DNA of 64,000 nt from Gammaproteobacteria bacterium Ga0074134. GTDB taxonomy: Bacteria > Pseudomonadota > Gammaproteobacteria > Ga0077554 > Ga007554. Position numbers and translations under genes: made by a program. Under the pieces are notes generated by a model, which made no database searches, was not told the origin of the DNA, and saw only the letters and a list, made by a program, of their open reading frames with translations. Location: NCBI GenBank assembly GCA_001464965.1, contig LNEJ01000059.1, forward strand, positions 5 to 64,004, in the 5' to 3' direction. Shown in pieces: positions 61,256-64,000 of this stretch; position 1 is the stretch's first letter; each line of letters starts with the position of its first letter.

Positions 61256-62635
61256 ATGAAAGCAAGATTCAGGTCTGTTACGGCGAGTGTTCTGCTGGTG
61301 GCGGCCGGTATGTTATCCGCATCGGTCATGGCGGCGCTGCCGTTGGCGGACAGCCAGGGCGTGGCTATGCCGACGCTTGCGCCCATGATCGAGAAAGCGG
61401 CGCCCGCGGTAGTGAATATTTCCACGCGCGGGCGCGTCCGCGTGGAAGACAATCCGCTGTTCCAGGACCCTTTCTTCCGCCGTTTCTTCGGCGCGCCCGA
61501 CATGCCGCGTGAGCGGCTTACCCAGAGTCTGGGTTCAGGTGTGGTGGTGGATGCGGCCAAAGGTTATGTGCTGACCAATAACCATGTCGTCGACAAGGCG
61601 GATGAGATTACTGTCACCTTGCGCGACGGGCGCAGCCTCAGCGCCAAGCTGATCGGTGCGGATCCCGAGGCGGATGTGGCGGTGATCCAGATTCCCGCAC
61701 AGAATCTTAGCGCGCTGCCGCTGGCCGATTCGACCAGGCTGCGGGTGGGTGATTTTGTGGTCGCCATCGGCAACCCGTTCGGCTTGGGCCAGACAGTAAC
61801 CTCTGGCATTGTCAGCGCATTGGGGCGCACCGGCCTAGGGATCGAAGGCTATGAGAATTTCATCCAGACCGACGCCTCCATCAACCCCGGCAACTCCGGT
61901 GGCGCGCTGGTCAACCTGCGCGGTGAACTGGTGGGCGTCAATACCGCCATTCTTGCGCCCGGTGGCGGCAATGTTGGCATTGGCTTCGCCATCCCCAGCA
62001 ACATGGCGCACGACATTATGCGGCAACTGGTGACTTACGGTGAGGTAAAGCGTGGCCAGTTGGGTGTTGTGATGCAGGATCTGACACCGGATCTGGCCAA
62101 GGCATTCAATATTAAAGGGCAGTCGGGCGCGGTAGTGGCCAAGGTTTTGAAGGGATCGCCCGCGGATAAAGCGGGCTTGGCCGCAGGCGATGTCGTTACC
62201 ACCGTGAATGGCAATCCGGTGCGCGGCGCGGCCGATCTGCGCAATGTTGTCGGCCTGCTGCGCGTGGGCGAAAAAGTGGCGCTGGGAGTGCTGCGCGACG
62301 GCAATCCGCACACCATTAACGTGCTTATAGCCCAGGCCTCGCAGGCCAAGGTGGATATGGGGCGGGTTCAGCCGCGCCTGGCGGGCGCGACATTGGGCAT
62401 GATTGAAGAGGGTTCCCCGCTGTATGGACGCATCGAGGGTATGGTGGTGCTGGATGTTGAGTCCGGCAGCCGGGCATGGGATGCCGGATTGCGCAAGGAT
62501 GACATCATCCAGTCAATCAACCGCCTGCCGGTGCGCACCGTCGATGAACTCAAGCGCGCTGTCAAAGCCAGCGAGCGGCGTTTGCTGCTCGCTGTGCGTC
62601 GCGGCAGGAGCGGGATGTTTCTTGTTATTCAGTGA
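61256..62635 (+). CDS. degQ: DegP/DegQ-family periplasmic serine protease with two PDZ domains
   Basis: Signal peptide, TNNHV, TDASINPGNSGG and two PDZ domains. Confidence 0.92.
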   Translation: MKARFRSVTASVLLVAAGMLSASVMAALPLADSQGVAMPTLAPMIEKAAPAVVNISTRGRVRVEDNPLFQDPFFRRFFGAPDMPRERLTQSLGSGVVVDAAKGYVLTNNHVVDKADEITVTLRDGRSLSAKLIGADPEADVAVIQIPAQNLSALPLADSTRLRVGDFVVAIGNPFGLGQTVTSGIVSALGRTGLGIEGYENFIQTDASINPGNSGGALVNLRGELVGVNTAILAPGGGNVGIGFAIPSNMAHDIMRQLVTYGEVKRGQLGVVMQDLTPDLAKAFNIKGQSGAVVAKVLKGSPADKAGLAAGDVVTTVNGNPVRGAADLRNVVGLLRVGEKVALGVLRDGNPHTINVLIAQASQAKVDMGRVQPRLAGATLGMIEEGSPLYGRIEGMVVLDVESGSRAWDAGLRKDDIIQSINRLPVRTVDELKRAVKASERRLLLAVRRGRSGMFLVIQ

Positions 62636-62687
62636 GGTTAGGCGGCGCGCGGGGCCTGAAGCTCGCTATTCCTGCTGTGTCACAAAG

Positions 62688-62778
62688 CGCTGAAGGGCGC
62701 ATTGTGGCGTTAAAATCGGACTCAAAATGCGGGGCCGGGAAACGGCAGACTCCGTGTAAACTCCGCTTTTTCGCCGAT
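62688..62778 (-). repeat. Partial inverted copy of the 58919-59083 element
   Basis: CGCTGAAGGGCGCATTGTGGCGTTAAAATCGGACTCAAAATGC closely matches the reverse complement of about 59021-59063, and CTCCGCTTTTTCGC matches that of 58989-59002. Confidence 0.75.
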
Positions 62779-63015
62779 GGACGCTCAAATCATGTGCCAA
62801 ATCCATTTTTTGGATCTGTTTATGAAAGTAAAACAAGAAGATAAAATATCTTGTATACTAGATTGCGCCGACGCATGCAATTAAAACGCGCCGTGCAAGC
62901 AGGTATGGTTCTGTTGTTTCAGATAAATCGTTGCTTTTATAATAATAAAGTATACATTTTTTTGTAATCCGTGGGCCGGAGGGTCCAGGATCCCTCCGCT
63001 GGCGTCATAAAATAA

Positions 63016-64000
63016 ATGAAAAAAACGCTTTACGATATTTTTGAGGTGAGTCCAGACGCCAATCCCGAGGCTATCAGAAACGCTTACAAAAGCCTGGCAC
63101 AACGTCACCACCCCGATAAAAATCAGGGCGACCCACACGCTGAAGAGGTTCTCAAGGCGATCAACTTCGCCTACGGTGTCCTTTCCGATCCCATGAAGCG
63201 TCTGGCCTATGATGCCAGTCTGGCCTCCGTGGGGGGCGTACAAAATCCTGCCATACCTCCCGGTGAGACCCGTTCACAGAGCGCAGACAATAAGGCCGAT
63301 CTCCGGCGTCAGGGCGCCACTGGGGGAGATGTTTCGGACTCCGAAGCGGCTGCGCCTGAAGTGGATCATGCGGCACATGCGCTAGCCCAGCCAAAGAACC
63401 GCGTGGCAGTAATATTGCTCCTGGCGCTGCTGCTGGCCGGTGGTGTTGTGGTGTTGTTGCTGCCGGGCGGAAATGGCCAGGATGAAGTTTCCTCACATAC
63501 TGCCACAAAGCCCGAGCATAAACTTGATGTTGCGCCGGGTGATCAGGTGGTGCAAGCGCCCCCTCCCTTGGCGAAAATGAGCCCCGCACCAGACCGGCAG
63601 GCGCCTGAAATCAAGCACGGCGATAGCGAGGGGCGCGCCAGTGCCGAGGTTCCCCAGCAGGATGCTGACGCCGCTCCCGGCAAGCCGCATGCCGCCGCGC
63701 CGCCCGTCAAGGCTGAGGTGGTTGCCCCAGCGCCCATTGGCAAGCAGAACAACGTTGCAGCCCAGAGCGCTAAAGTTCAAGCGCTTCCCCAGCCGCCCCT
63801 TGATGCGCGGGCCAATGTTGAAGCGTCAAATGCCAGACCTAAAGGCGCCGAGCATCCTCCGCAGCAGCTTGCCGGGCAGCCGGTCAAGGTGAACAAAGGT
63901 GGGGAGAAGCCCGCCAGCGAACAGGGTAAAGAGGCAGCTATCGATAGACAAGGTGATGAAAAGCAGAAAAGTATCCCTCCTGAGCAGTTTTCCCTGCAAG
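63016..64000 (+). CDS. Membrane-anchored J-domain (DnaJ class C) protein, 3' truncated by the window
   Basis: Manually translated: MKKTLYDIFEV...AYKSLAQRHHPDKN...LSDPMKRLAYD, TM VAVILLLALLLAGGVVVLLL, then a Pro/Ala-rich region open to the window end. Not in the ORF track. Confidence 0.88.
   Translation, partial: MKKTLYDIFEVSPDANPEAIRNAYKSLAQRHHPDKNQGDPHAEEVLKAINFAYGVLSDPMKRLAYDASLASVGGVQNPAIPPGETRSQSADNKADLRRQGATGGDVSDSEAAAPEVDHAAHALAQPKNRVAVILLLALLLAGGVVVLLLPGGNGQDEVSSHTATKPEHKLDVAPGDQVVQAPPPLAKMSPAPDRQAPEIKHGDSEGRASAEVPQQDADAAPGKPHAAAPPVKAEVVAPAPIGKQNNVAAQSAKVQALPQPPLDARANVEASNARPKGAEHPPQQLAGQPVKVNKGGEKPASEQGKEAAIDRQGDEKQKSIPPEQFSLQ

Overview
A GC-rich (roughly 60% by eye) proteobacterial chromosome segment, probably Gammaproteobacteria, made mostly of housekeeping and envelope genes: mrcA divergent from pilMNOPQ, an M16 peptidase pair, ftsYEX-rpoH, a czcCBA-like RND metal efflux operon, glmUS, a YbhGFSR-like ABC exporter, malic enzyme, rsgA, pyrC-rnt, rlmKL, rsfS-rlmH, maf-rng-yhdP, psd, cinA-thpR, degQ and a truncated J-domain protein. 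I found no rRNA, tRNA, CRISPR array, transposase or integrase. The most interesting signals are: (1) a DUF2946-like leader ORF ending CxxC...RAPP, followed within 5 nt by a perfect 14-bp C(UUCG)G hairpin directly upstream of czcC, a candidate metal-responsive ribosome-arrest attenuator; (2) an AT-richer, translationally coupled two-gene module (His-motif protein plus DUF1828/DUF1829-like protein), a candidate toxin-antitoxin or defence system; (3) an elongated Lpp/OprI-like lipoprotein with 42-bp repeats between two L,D-transpeptidases; (4) a plcP-agt-dgkA lipid-remodelling operon with a Pho box and a probably leaderless transcript; (5) a perfect CIRCE overlapping a sigmaE-like promoter of rpoH; (6) four dispersed copies of a palindromic MITE-like family with covarying stems; (7) integron-cassette-like relic ends on two genes downstream of glmS. 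All family assignments come from motif recognition by eye, not from database searches.
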